A DNA stretch of 64,000 nucleotides from Octopus sinensis (GCF_006345805.1 NC_043000.1:93806001-93870000); one strand, 5' to 3'. Counted from the stretch's first letter, positions 39,000-51,792 are shown. Program-made: numbers and translations. Notes: generated by a model from the letters alone, not told the origin.

Positions 39000-40860
39000 A
39001 TTACAGGTTGCATCGTCCCTGAATTGAAAGAGGGGAAAATTCTGGAGCTGGGTTGTTTGCTTTTGGCGCAAATATCTATGTGTTCGCTGAATGCTATTTT
39101 TTTTTTTTTGTATTTCCGAATTTTGGTTTGGGAAGTATGTAGAGCCATCCTTTGTCGTAGACTGCTTTGGGTTTGGCCTATGACAAATACAACGAGGATG
39201 AACCGTTAGTCCGAAATAGAAGTAACTACACCCCTTCAAAAGGTAAGAACAAAACTCTTGACCATTTCTGTGAATACATCACGAATTACCCATATCAACA
39301 TATACACAAACAAAAACACAAGCCAAACTTCAGAAAAAAAGAATGGGCTGAGCTGAACAAATTAAAAGATGATAAAAGAATAACAATCAAAGAGGCTGAT
39401 AAAGGCAGTGTAGTTGTCTTAATGGACACGGTATGCTATATAACTCTAGTACTATCTATATTAGAAGACACAGCATATTATAAAAAAGGGTCAACACTTC
39501 AGTCAGCAGAAAATAATGAGAGCCTAAAATCCATGTTAAACCTATACGGAGGGGCTCACCAACAAGGAACATAATTATATGACCAACTTCAAAAGTAAAT
39601 CCAGTCAATTCTACGGTATTCCTAAGATACACAAAAGTGAGAAATAAGTAACGCAAGCAGGATTGCCACAGACATATTAATCAAAGTCCCTACTCCTAAT
39701 GACCTCAAACTGAGACTTATAACAGCAGGTCCCACCGCTTCAGTAACTTTTTAGATACCCTCTTAAAACCATTCCTCAAGTATATCAAAAGCTACATAAG
39801 GGACGACCAAGATATGGTCAATCACCTTATTAAAACAATAAACAAAAGCACTCTACTAGTATCCTTCGATGTAGCCAACTTCTATTCTAATATCCCACCC
39901 CAGCCTAGGAATAGAGGCAATTCAGTTCTGGCCAGAGAATTACACCAATGAACTCCCACATTGCATCAGAAAAGAATTCGCAATAGAAGGGCCAAAATTC
40001 ATCTTGGAGAATAACTACTTTGTCTTAAAGACAACTTCTATCTACCAAAATCGGGGACTGCGATGAGTACGAGAATAGACCCCCTCCTTTGCTAACCTAG
40101 TCATGGGATACCTAGAAATCAGTCTTTATCGTAAGATACTAGAAAAATACGGCAACCCCTTCTCCCCCAACATAGAAAATAACTAGGAAGAGGTACCTGG
40201 ATGACTGTTTCATTCTTTAGCATGAAAGTATAGAGAGACTTAAAGAATTTCAAGCTCTTATAAATGGACTTGACGTAAACATTCAATTCACGATAGAATA
40301 TAGCCAACAACAACTTCCCTTCCTCGACATCCTCATTAAGAAATCTAACAACGAAATAGAAACAGATATATATTATAAGTCCACGGACTCCAAGCAATAT
40401 CTACCATTCAACTCATGCCACCTCAGGCACAGTAGTATGAATATCCCTTTCAACCTATCAAAAAGGATTTGTACTATAGTTTCTAATACAAGCACCAGGG
40501 ACACACAACTACATGAACTAAAGGATACATCCATTATCAGGAACTACCCGCTATCACTAATTGATATATGCTTTCAATGTACCCTACAACTCAATATCCA
40601 CGAACTCAGGCATCCCAAATTAAAAAAAGGATTTACAATCAGTAGCCCTACCATACATCTCCACACACAACCCTCTTAATAATGAAGCCTTCGACACCAT
40701 CCTCCAGAACATTCCGCTTCTAAATAGGAACAAAAGAATGATTTTAATCCTCCAAACGCCACCATCATAAAGAGCAAAAGACATCCCAAATCTATGAAAA
40801 TTCTCCAAACAAAGACCGAATACACTCGACAACATTGAAGCCGTCAAAGGATTGCTCTAC
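39000..40860 (+). pseudogene. Penelope-like element reverse transcriptase remnant, multiply frameshifted, GIY-YIG domain absent
   Basis: ITIKEADKGSVVVLMDT, FYGIPKIHKS, SFDVANFYSNI, GTAM.TR..P..ANL.MGYLE, RYLDDCF (~40190-40210), TDIYYKSTDSKQYLPFNSCH. Confidence 0.9.
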
Positions 40861-40989
40861 ATAGATCCCAGATCAGAATTCGAAAATACAGAAAAATATT
40901 ATTATTTTCTGAAGCAAAGATTATCCAAAGTTAGCAAAAAATGCGGCAATGACCCCAAAAGGTATGTCCTCAAATACCTTACGCACCCA

Positions 40990-41048
<59 letters not shown>

Positions 41049-41622
41049 GAAATACAAAATATGGGACAAAAACGTAAAACATCCAGACAGTAAGATGATA
41101 CAAAAATGGGACAAGAAAAAACAAGGACGGGTCATTCGGAGTTTTCTTTCCTGAGTCGAGTTCCAGATTATCTTTGCAATTTCGGCTGGTTATATATATA
41201 TATACTTTTATTCATTTTTATGGATTTTAACCTTTAAACTGCGACCATGCTGGAGCACAGAATATATATATGTATATTAGTATGTATATGTATATGTATG
41301 TATATATATAAAGTCGTATGACAACCACCGTTATATATATTTTGTTTTTTCATTACTGTTTTCAATTTCGTTTTCGTCTCTTGTATTCACATCCGTCTTG
41401 TGCGTTCACATTCCTGTCTTCTACCAAGAAATCTAATGCTTACAGCTTAGTTTTTTTTCTTGGGGCTGGCCGAGTTGGAGCAAATATCAGAATTGAACAG
41501 CCGAAATTTGCTATGATGATTCGGTGTCTGACTGAAGATTGAAGGCTTCGAATGATTTGTCTGTGTTCCGTGTTCGTCCCTTCCTGTATTTCACGTTCAT
41601 TATATATAAAAACATTCATTCT

Positions 41623-41663
<41 letters not shown>

Positions 41664-41804
41664 AAAGGGCAAGCAACAGATTGCTTAGCCACATACCGAC
41701 CGCTTATTTCTATTTTCAACAAATATAACTCCACTTATGACATATACATGTAACTCACATAAGTAAAACAGGATGAAAAATAACGAAAACAAAGTCTTCG
41801 GTTA

Positions 41805-41864
41805 GTTACGGACGCGTTTCTAGGTCAGAATTCTGAACAAATCCATTCCCGTCTTCAGCGTAAC
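41805..41864 (-). ncRNA. Minimal type I hammerhead ribozyme (dimer-type, palindromic stem III)
   Basis: Minus strand GTTACG-CTGAAGA-CGGGAATGGATTTGTTCAGAATTCTGACCTA-GAAA-CGC-GTC-CGTAAC: perfect 6-bp stem I, CUGAAGA and GAAA cores, GUC triplet, palindrome ACGCGT. The stem II closing pair is non-canonical. Confidence 0.7.
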
Positions 41865-41897
41865 ATTCCTTTAGATAGATTTAGAAATGTTAATTTA

Positions 41898-43188
41898 CGA
41901 GGGGCGTTCAATAAGTAATGCCCCTGACCCACTTCCCATAGCAGTAGAGTAACGAAACTTTGCACAGTTATTAGTCTTTCTCTACATAGGAACCACCCAG
42001 AGTTACGCATTTCTCCCATCGTTTGATACAGCTCTGGAGACCGTTTTTTTAGAAGACCCAGCTTGGTCCTCCAACCACGACGTGACTTCAGAAATCAAGG
42101 CTGCATCATCTGGGAAACGCTTTCCTTTCAAAATCAACTTCATGGCTGGAAAGAGGTGAAAATCAGAGGGTGCAAGGTCAGGAGAGTAGGGGGGATGGGG
42201 GAGGAGTTCATAGCCGCACGCCTGTGCTTCTGATCTGGCGACAAGCGAGTTGTGGACCAGAGCGTTGTCCTGCAGGAGGAGGATGTCTTTGCTGATCTTT
42301 CCCCGCCTCTTGATTTTGATAGTTTCTCTTAATTTCCTCAAAAGTGAAGCATAATAGGCTCCTGTAATTGTGGTACCCTTTGCCAGGAAATCTGTTATCA
42401 CTACTCCGTCCTGGTCCCAGAAGACTGTGAGCATGACCTTGCCAGCGGAGGGCTGAACCCTTGCCTTCTTTGGAGGAGGTGAGTCACGGTGCTTCCACTG
42501 CATTGACTGGGCTTTGGTCTCTGGATCATAATGATGGACCCAGGTTTCATCCTGTGTAATCTGTCTTTTGAAAAATTTTGACTCATCTTCTTGGTACATC
42601 TCCAAATTTATCCTCGAGCACACGACGCGTTCTTGCTTCTGGAAAGGTGTGAGCAACCTGGAAATCCATCTGGCAGACACCTTTTGCATATGCAAATGGT
42701 CATGAATGATAGTTTCCACAGACCCGGTACTAATCTTGACCTCATGGGCTATTTGGCGAATAGTTATGCGTCGATCTTCCAAAATGGCAGCCTCAACTTG
42801 ACGGACAGATGCCTCATCAATTGCAGAAGGGGGCGACCAGATCTGGGAGCTGTTTCCACCGAGTTCCGACCATGTTTGAATCCACGATGCCAGCGTTTTA
42901 CAAGGTCATATGATGGGGCATCATTACCATAAGTTACTTTCATTTCATCAAAAGTCTCCCGTGGTGTGCGTCCTTTCAAATACAAAAACCAGATCACTGC
43001 TCGACACTCAACAGGCTCCATTTCACACTTGACTCAGTTCAAACACCTGTAAATCAGAAACCCCAATTAGTTCAGAGCTGTAATTTGCCACCTACTCTAT
43101 AGAGATATCAATAATTGCACACGCAAAATTTCAGCTAGATCAAACAATGGCAAGTGGGTCAGGGGCATTACTTATTGAACGCCCCTCG
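41898..43188 (-). mobile_element. Full-length mariner (1291 bp, Hsmar2/irritans-like TIR start)
   Basis: Perfect 37-bp TIR CGAGGGGCGTTCAATAAGTAATGCCCCTGACCCACTT; TA at 41896-97 and 43189-90. Confidence 0.97.
41975..43021 (-). pseudogene. Mariner D,D34D transposase with two frameshifts (~42830 and ~42050)
   Basis: MEPVECRAVI…RSGRP / …SARWISRLL…TQDETWVHHYDPETK…LLLQDNALVH…HPPYSPDLAPSDFHLF… / FYKNGLQSCIKRWEKCVTLGGSYVEKD*. Confidence 0.95.
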
Positions 43189-43736
43189 TACATACCTCTT
43201 GCTTTCCGACCTCGCGCCATCGGAGATAGCATGAGGCAATTAACACAGGCCAAATCCATATAGACAAATGAATTGGTATTTTCCCTCCAAAATTTTACCA
43301 TGTGCGTCACAGAAATAGTTCCTCAGGAATAGAATTATGGATTGTCATAAGGGAGTGAAAAATTCCATTATTAATAATTTCAAAATCAACAATTATTTCC
43401 GGGCAGATTTCGGTATGGAAATATAACCATTATCGGTAGGAACCTTTTAAAAAAGTTCTATATGTATATAAATAAAAAGGGCAAGCAACAAGTTGCTTAG
43501 CCACATACCGAAAAATTATAAGTGTAGTTATATTTGTCGAAAATAGAAATAAGCGGTCTTTGACTGCTATTTCTAATTTTTCGGTATGTGGCTAAGCAAC
43601 GTGTTGCTTGCCCTTTTTATTTATAAATATATATATAGAACTTTTTCAAAAGGTTCCTGCCGATAATGCTTATATTTCCATACCGAAATCTACCCGGAAA
43701 TAATTGTTCATTTTGAAATTAATAATTATTTACCCT

Positions 43737-43805
<69 letters not shown>

Positions 43806-43975
43806 GTGTGTGTGTGTGTGCGTCTGTGTGTGTATGTGTGTGTTTGTGTGTGTGTATAGGTTTAGTGATGCAAATAGGAAACTGTATATGATTTTTTTTA
43901 TTAATAATCGGCAGCGGAAGTTACAGAATCAGTCAAGGACCAAGAGTTTTGTGCATTTGCTGAGTACCAACACAA

Positions 43976-44032
<57 letters not shown>

Positions 44033-44479
44033 CACACTCACACACATGTATATATCAGGCGTTTGTTCACACCCTCGGTCTATCGATTCCAATTTGCCCC
44101 AAGATTGTCCAAAGCCTTGATAATCAACCTTGGGCTAATCACCACAAGGCTATATTAGAAGACACTGGCACAAGATATCATACAAAGGGACTGAACCTGC
44201 AATCCTGAAGCTGCAAAGTAAATCTTATAACCACACGGCCACGCTTGAGCCTATGTGAACATGAAGAAAGCCTTCCAAGTATTTAGTAACAAATTAATTA
44301 GTTCTGTATATGTTTATTTGTTTGTTTTTTTAATTTAATTTTTTTTTTGTATTCGTTATTCTTTCTTGGCGTATTTTTATCAGTTTTTGTACAAACATTA
44401 GACTTGTTTTCTAGAAAACAAAAAGAACATCTTTCTACAACGAACAAAAGAAAATTCATTTGACATTTATTTGAAACAC

Positions 44480-44509
44480 AACTTGAGATGCCAGATTAAC
44501 TTCAGTGTA

Positions 44510-44559
<50 letters not shown>

Positions 44560-44567
44560 TGATGATG

Positions 44568-44599
<32 letters not shown>

Positions 44600-44609
44600 C
44601 ATAATAATA

Positions 44610-44665
<56 letters not shown>
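44480..44665. repeat. Compound (AAT)n/(GAT)n microsatellite
   Basis: Direct reading. Confidence 0.95.
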
Positions 44666-44666
<1 letters not shown>

Positions 44667-44971
44667 GAAGGGAACCGAAAATTATATGAGAATGATCCCT
44701 GGCTTACCATCCCTGCAAGAAGTGTAAAAGATTGTCTTAACTGGTACATCACACGTATTGAGAAGAGCATTGTCGATGTGAGAATTATTACTACCCATGT
44801 ATTTTAATTTAACTAAAAAAAAAAAAAATGAACGAACTATTGAGTTTAGTTTAATGGCCTACCAATGTATACTATGAGTTTCTTTGCCCTAGAAGTCGGG
44901 AAGACACTCGGCAAGAAATGGAAGCAAATTTGAAAGAAGAAAAAAAAAAGTAATAATAATAATAATAATAA

Positions 44972-45595
44972 ATGCCCTGATGCAGTACCAGGCAGTGGCT
45001 CTCATGGCTTCTGATCTTTACTGATTGGAAGTTTTATCATGTACATTGTTTTGTTTTTGGTATAAAAGATGGGCTACAACAAATATTCTGCTCAATACCA
45101 CAGATTTGTTTGTCAGTTGTTTGACCATAACCAGTTGAGTATGTCCCTTAGTGGCTGACGATATGTGCATCTCTGACCACAAGCAGAAGTAGTGGGGGAG
45201 CATCATAGCCATATGTTGAAATGAATTCTTAGAGGTTTAGATAATTCACCTTTGGAAACATGGCTGGTTCGTTCAACATCCTTAAACAACCCTTATTCAA
45301 GGACCTCTTTAGCGGGATGAGTTACTCGACCAGAAGAAAATTCTAACTGGGATCTACTTGCAAAGTCATGCGCTGTTTATCTTGATACGAGATCACCATG
45401 TCGCGCACATATGGTTGTGATGCATGTGCCTGGTGTACCCTTATCAAACGCGTAGTCATGATGGGTATATTGGGCTTCGTATATCTGTACCCCAGTGTCA
45501 CTTTGATGGCATGCACTGCTCTCTCACTCAGTTATAATGATGATGATGATGATGATAATAATAATAATAATGATGATAATAATAATATAATAATA

Positions 45596-45644
<49 letters not shown>

Positions 45645-46159
45645 CATTGTTTTGTCTTGGTATAAAAGATGGGCTACAGCAAATATTCTGCTCAATACCA
45701 CAGATTTGCTTGTCAGTTGTTTGACCTTAACCAGTTGTGCATGTCCCTTAGTGGCTGACCATATGTGCATCTCTGATCACGAGCAGAAGTAGTGGGGGAG
45801 CATCATAGCCATGTGTTGAGAGGGATTCTTTGGGGTTTGAATAGTTCACCTCTGGAAACATGGGTGGTTCTTTCAACATCCTTAAACAACCCTTATTCAA
45901 GGACCTCTTTAGCGGGATGAGTTACTCGACCAGAAGAAAATTCTAACTGGGATCTACTTGCAAAGTCATGCGCTGTTTATCTTGATACGAGATCACCATG
46001 TCGCGCACATATGGTTGTGATGCATGTGCCTGGTGTACCTTATCAAACGCGTAGTCATGATGGGTATATTGGGCTTCGTATATCTGTACCCCAGTGTCAC
46101 TTTGATGGCATGCACTGCTCTCTCACTCAGTTATAATGATGATGATGATGATGATGATG

Positions 46160-46200
<41 letters not shown>

Positions 46201-46684
46201 CATTGTTTTGTCTTGGTATAAAAGATGGGCTACAGCAAATATTCTGCTCAATACCACAGATTTGCTTGTCAGTTGTTTGACCTTAACCAGTTGTGCATGT
46301 CCCTTAGTGGCTGACCATATGTGCATCTCTGATCACGAGCAGAAGTAGTGGGGGAGCATCATAGCCATGTGTTGAGAGGGATTCTTTGGGGTTTGAATAG
46401 TTCACCTCTGGAAACATGGGTGGTTCTTTCAACATCCTTAAACAACCCTTATTCAGGGACCGTTTGAGCAGGATGGGCTACTCAACCTGAAGAAAATTCT
46501 AACTGGGCCCCACCTGCAAGGTCATGTGCTGTTTATCTTGATATGAGATCACCATGTCGCGCACATATGGTTGTGATGCATGTGCCTGGTGTACCTTTAT
46601 CAGACGGGTAGTCATGATGGGTATATTGGGCTTCGTATATTTTACCCCAGTGTCACTTTGATGGCATGAACTGCTCTCTCACTC

Positions 46685-46718
<34 letters not shown>

Positions 46719-47287
46719 TAATAATAATGCTCTGATGCAGTACCAGGCAGTGACTCCCATGTTTTCTGATCTTAACTGGTTGGAAGTGTACATCTACGTA
46801 TTTTGTCTTGGTATAAAAGATGGACTACAGTAAAAGTTCGGCTCAATACCAAGTTTGCTTGTCAGATGCTTGACCATAACCATTTGAGCATGTTCTTTGG
46901 TGCCTGACAATATATGCATCTCTGATCACGAGCAGAAGTAGTGAGGCGGGGATGGGGGCATCATAGCCCTGTGCTGAGAGAAATTCTTTAGGCTTTGAAT
47001 AATTCACCTCTGGAATCACAGGTTTTTGTTCAACATCCTAAAACAACCCTTATTCATGGATGTTTTGAGCTGGATGGGCTACTCGACTTGAAGAAAATTC
47101 TAACTGGGCCACACCAACAAGGTCATGCTCTGTTTATCTTGATATGAGATCAGCATGTTGTGAACATATGGTTGTGATTCATGTTCCTGGTTTACTTCAA
47201 CCAGACGGGTAGTGATGATGGGTATACTGGGCTTCGTATATTTGTACCCCAGTGTCACTTTGATGATATGTGCTGCTCTCTCACTCA
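44972..47287 (+). mobile_element. Tandem array of four family D elements: A 44972-45530, B 45644-46129, C 46200-46685, D 46727-47287
   Basis: Each ends CTGCTCTCTCACTCA followed by (TAA)n/(TGA)n. A and D start ATGC(C/T)CTGATGCAGTACCAGGCAG; B and C are truncated at the same point. Confidence 0.9.
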
Positions 47288-47989
47288 TTAATAATAATAA
47301 TGATCATGTTTTCATTTATTTGGCACAATTGGGAAGGATGAAGGGAAGAATACAAAGATAGACATAAAGTGTGGTGGTTTAAATTTAATGGAATAATGCG
47401 AAAAGGAAAGAAAATAAGTATATACGGCATATACTGAAAAAGAAGAGATATGCATAGCATACAAAGGTTTAAAAATAATTGGCAGGGAGGATGATACAGA
47501 AAGACCTCTAGGGAAAATTGAGGAACCTCATTGACTATCTCCCTCCCCTCTCTTTCTTCCCGCGCTCTCTCTCCTCTCTCTCTCCCTCTGCGTTTCTTTA
47601 ACCTCACCGTCAGAACGTCACCCCTCTGCTAAGATTATATTTTAAACCCTCCTCCTCAGCCTTCAACTAAATTTCTGAATCACATAATAAATATTATGCT
47701 CCTATACCTCACGTCAAGGACGCTTCTCTTTCCCTCGTTTTCTTTCTCACTCTTTCTATCTCACTCTTCGCCTTGTCCTATTTTCTCTCTTCTTTTTCTT
47801 TTTCTTCTCTTTCCCTTTAACTAATCACATAAAAGTGTTACAATTACATTTCCTTTACCTCACATCACGGATGCTTCTCCCTCCTTATTTTTCTCTCCCT
47901 CTTTTCTTTCTCCCCATTTTTGTCTAATCACGTGAAATCGTTACCGACGGGCTAAGTAACACAATGACAAGCAGAATTATTATAAGATA

Positions 47990-48290
47990 GTAACGATAAT
48001 AACGATAAGGTTGTGCCTGTTATAATTGGGGCATTGGAAACTGTAAGTAAAGATATAGAGAAATGGTTGAAGGGGCTGGGAATGGAATGTCCTACAGAGC
48101 TTCTACAAAAAGTTTGCCCCTTAGGAGCAGGAGCGATTATCAGGAGAGTTTTAAGCATTTGAAAGACTATTGAAAGCTTGTGGATACCTAAGTTTACAGG
48201 AAGTAACCCGCTGCCCATATAAATTCTACCAGGAATAAGAACGAACCAGAGTCAAATTACTTATAATGAGAATAGTCATAATAATAATAT
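47990..48290 (+). mobile_element. R4/Dong LINE 3' end, 5'-truncated, (TAA)n tail
   Basis: VVPVIIGALETVSKDIEKWLKGLGMECPTELLQKVCPLGAGAIIRRVLSI*, then a 3' UTR and TAATAATAAT. Confidence 0.8.
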
Positions 48291-48679
48291 ATATATATAT
48301 ATTTCCCCACTCTTAAATATTTGACCATTTTATTTCTTCAAACATTTGCTTCTTATTCGGTTCTTCCGGCTTCATCACTCATTTCGAATTACATCAGATA
48401 AGCTAGCTAGGAAACATATGTGACCTGGATTTTACCCATTCCCCTCCCCCATTTTGTATATATATATATGTATATATATATATACATATCTTTTACTCTT
48501 TTACTCGTTTCAGTCATTTGACAGTGGTCATGTTGGAGCACCGCCTTTAGTTGAGAAAATCGACCCGAGGACTTATTCTTTGTAAGCCTAGTACTTATTT
48601 TATCGATCTTTTTTGCCGAACATTTTATCGATCTTTTTGCCGAACATATGTTAAGTTCACTTAACATATGTTAAGTGAA

Positions 48680-51600
48680 CTGACAATGCTTCTGGGTAAA
48701 CCATGTTTTGCGTAAGTCCAGTGTTGGTTGAATAAATATAGAAGTCATCTGCACTGCTAACTCGAGAGCATGCGACATGTAGTTGTCCATGAGAAAAGCA
48801 AGGTAGTTGTCAATTGAGACCCACAATTTTTAAAGTTTGTTGATTGTCATAGCAAAGCACAATTGCACTGGGAACTGGAGGTGCTTGAATTGTAATGACA
48901 CATTTGAGTGAATAAGGGGCATGCGTAGAATGTATGCGACGCTCCTCGATGGCAGCCGGCAATAATAGTTGCTCCAAGGACATGACTTGTCATTGTAGTT
49001 ATAATCAATCTTGTACCGTTGCATAGCCGTGATGGGTCCAAATTCCTCAAGAGCACGATAGGTGCACCTTTCTTAAACGGTGGAAGTCCTGTGGGTTGTA
49101 GAGAGTTGAGAAATTCAACTAGATACTCAACAGCGGCATGTTCGTCGATGGAAGCAAACGTTGAAGCATCTCCAGGTAGAATGTGGAGGAGTTCATGGTT
49201 TACTTTATCAACGCTTTCATTCAAGGTGCTAAAATAGGTCTCTCTGCGAACCTTGCTATGTTTTTGAAGTTGTCATGCAATATGGGAAATACCTTTTCTT
49301 TAAGCTCGGCCAATGTAGACACCATGTGCCCACATAGCAGTACATGCTGTTGCAGGGTGTTATTCAACGGTAAGGTACCATTTCCAATTTGTAGAAGTTG
49401 ATGAGGTAATTTCTCAGCTAAGGGTTCGTTGTAGAGATGAGCTCGCATATTCTTGCTTAATGAAAGCTGACGAACAAACCTCCACAGAGGGGAAGACTTC
49501 AGACACGCATAGATCTCATCAGCTCGCATACCCCGTAGTATGACTGGCAATATTTGACGGAAGTCTCCTGCGATGACAACAGTTAAGCCCCACCATCCTA
49601 TAAGAGAAATATTGTTTCTAATATCCCTTAGTGACCTATCTAGGGCTTCTAGAGCACCACGGTGTGTCATCGTGCATTCATCCCTGACAATAAGTGTAGT
49701 TTGGAGCAGAACTTCTGCTGTCAGTGATCATTTTGAAATATTGCACTTTTGGGCATCCGTTGAAGTCAAATTGAAAGATAATTTGAACGCTGAGTGAGCT
49801 GTTGGTCCATCCTATTAACAAAGTTGCCGCTATCCCTGATGGTGCGACTGCAATCACTATGTTTCCCATGTTCCTTATCTTTGCCAGAAGTATTCCCCAT
49901 TCCTCTTGGTGCACCAATGAAGAAAAGCCGGCCTTATCCTTGCAAGGTAGACACTACTATTTCATTGTAAACCTACCTTTGCTCAGCTTGCAATAACGGT
50001 TCACTTTCATCAAGTTGCCTTTTCAGGGCATCCAAGTCGTATACTCTTTCCCGAAAGACTTCTCTTGAAAGGCCGTGATGTTCAGCTGAAGGTGTTGGAA
50101 TGCCTTCTTTTTCCCCCAATGGAGTTAAGCATGTCTTCTAAATGCCGTAATGCTTCGGTGTATATAACGTCCGAGTAGGAGACACTTGACCCATGCAACC
50201 AACGAGCTTCATGAAGTATGTCATCAGATAGGCTGTCTTTGTGGTTTTCCCAAAGTTATAGTGGATTCGGTAAGTCGCAATGGTACAACATGATGGCGAA
50301 GAATCTTCTTAGTTGGTAAGCTGTGCATGCGGTTGCTGCGTCAGAAAGAGCTAAACCCCAGTAACCACCATCTTCAAGAAGACCTCGTAGTTGGCAGTCT
50401 TGTCGAAATGTTTCGCAAATCAAGGAGTTTACTATTTTAAGGTTTTTGAATGACGTTGGTCCAGGAATTTTGTGGAGGAGCATCCGGAGACAGTAGCATT
50501 CGAAGTTTTTGTGGTGGACCGCATAAACTCGGCCTAGATCAATACTTATTTTTATGTGTGGATGCCCGTCGACGGTTACATTAAGCTTTCTCCTTTTCCA
50601 CTACTTAACATGGTTATTCCAGGTGTAATACTTCGGTACGTCTAGGTAGAAGATTGTCGCGGCAAATGCATCACATCTACACAGGTCAATGAATGTTGTG
50701 AGAGTCGTCGCCTGTGGCGCATATATTTGTCCCCTAACACTTTTGTGATTCAATGAATCAAAATAAACACTTTGGCCATTTTGTAAATGAACAGAGAGGT
50801 GAACAACTGTGGGTATATCTCTCATGAATGGGGAAATGAAGGAGTCTCAAGGCGGCTTCATTACTGCTTACATAACGGCCCATTAGATATTGGTGTACCT
50901 CATTGGTCCTATCAGCATCTGAAAGGCCAAAGACAGCCACGTCGGACCATTTGTTTATATATTTGCATACATACTTGATGGAGTGAACAGAATTGCAAAA
51001 TTCCACGTTAATGTGTGCCTTGAAAACTCGTAGCAACAGAGAACTATATGGGACGATCCATCTGTTGTGTACGACAACTGGACCTTGCTGTGGCCGAAGA
51101 GTGGAATGGAATCCACCGTCTCCCGGTTTGCGTCTTTTGTACGTTGGATACCACCCCTCCTGCCCCTAAAGTGACCTTTTCGATTTTGTTTTTTATTTTT
51201 TATTTTTTTTCACCGGATTCCTATGCTTTCCATGACGGAGATCCCGAATATGTAAAAAAAAACCAAAAAAACACGTTTTCAAAATTTTTAATTCCCCTCA
51301 ATTTTAACATTTTAACTGTTTTACCAAATGGTTTTTCAATCTACGTGGAAAAGTATGGATATTAAGAATATTGGATATGCTAAAAATAACAGCTAAATGT
51401 CCGGAGAAATTTTGTGCTTGTGGATGCTTGCGTGTAACAATTTATACAGCTTATCTGAATGAACAGAGAAAGAAGTACACAAAATATATTTGGCATACCT
51501 GTTGTATATGTCGGCTTTTTTTTTTTTTTTTTGCTTTTTTCACTTTCAACTAGGGAACATACATAGGGTATGAAACATCAGCGTCTGTCTCTCACCCGCT

Positions 51601-51758
51601 ACACAACTTTCAACTTCTCGTATAGAAACTTGTTTTCTGTCTCTGTTTCTTTCTCTTGTCTCTCTCTGTCTTTTTCTTATTCTGTGTTTCTCTCAGTCAG
51701 ATTATTTCTTTATGCTTTGGAGAGAGCAGAAATTGAAAGAAAAAAGAAAGCGAAAAGG

Positions 51759-51792
<34 letters not shown>

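Larger units (their letters stand above)
41664..43730 (-). mobile_element. Non-coding element (~770 bp without the mariner) carrying a hammerhead and a terminal fold-back; interrupted by a mariner
   Basis: 41666-41737 is the reverse complement of 43519-43612 (with a 24-bp gap). There are ~147-bp inverted arms at ~43372-43518 and 43574-43725. Confidence 0.6.
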
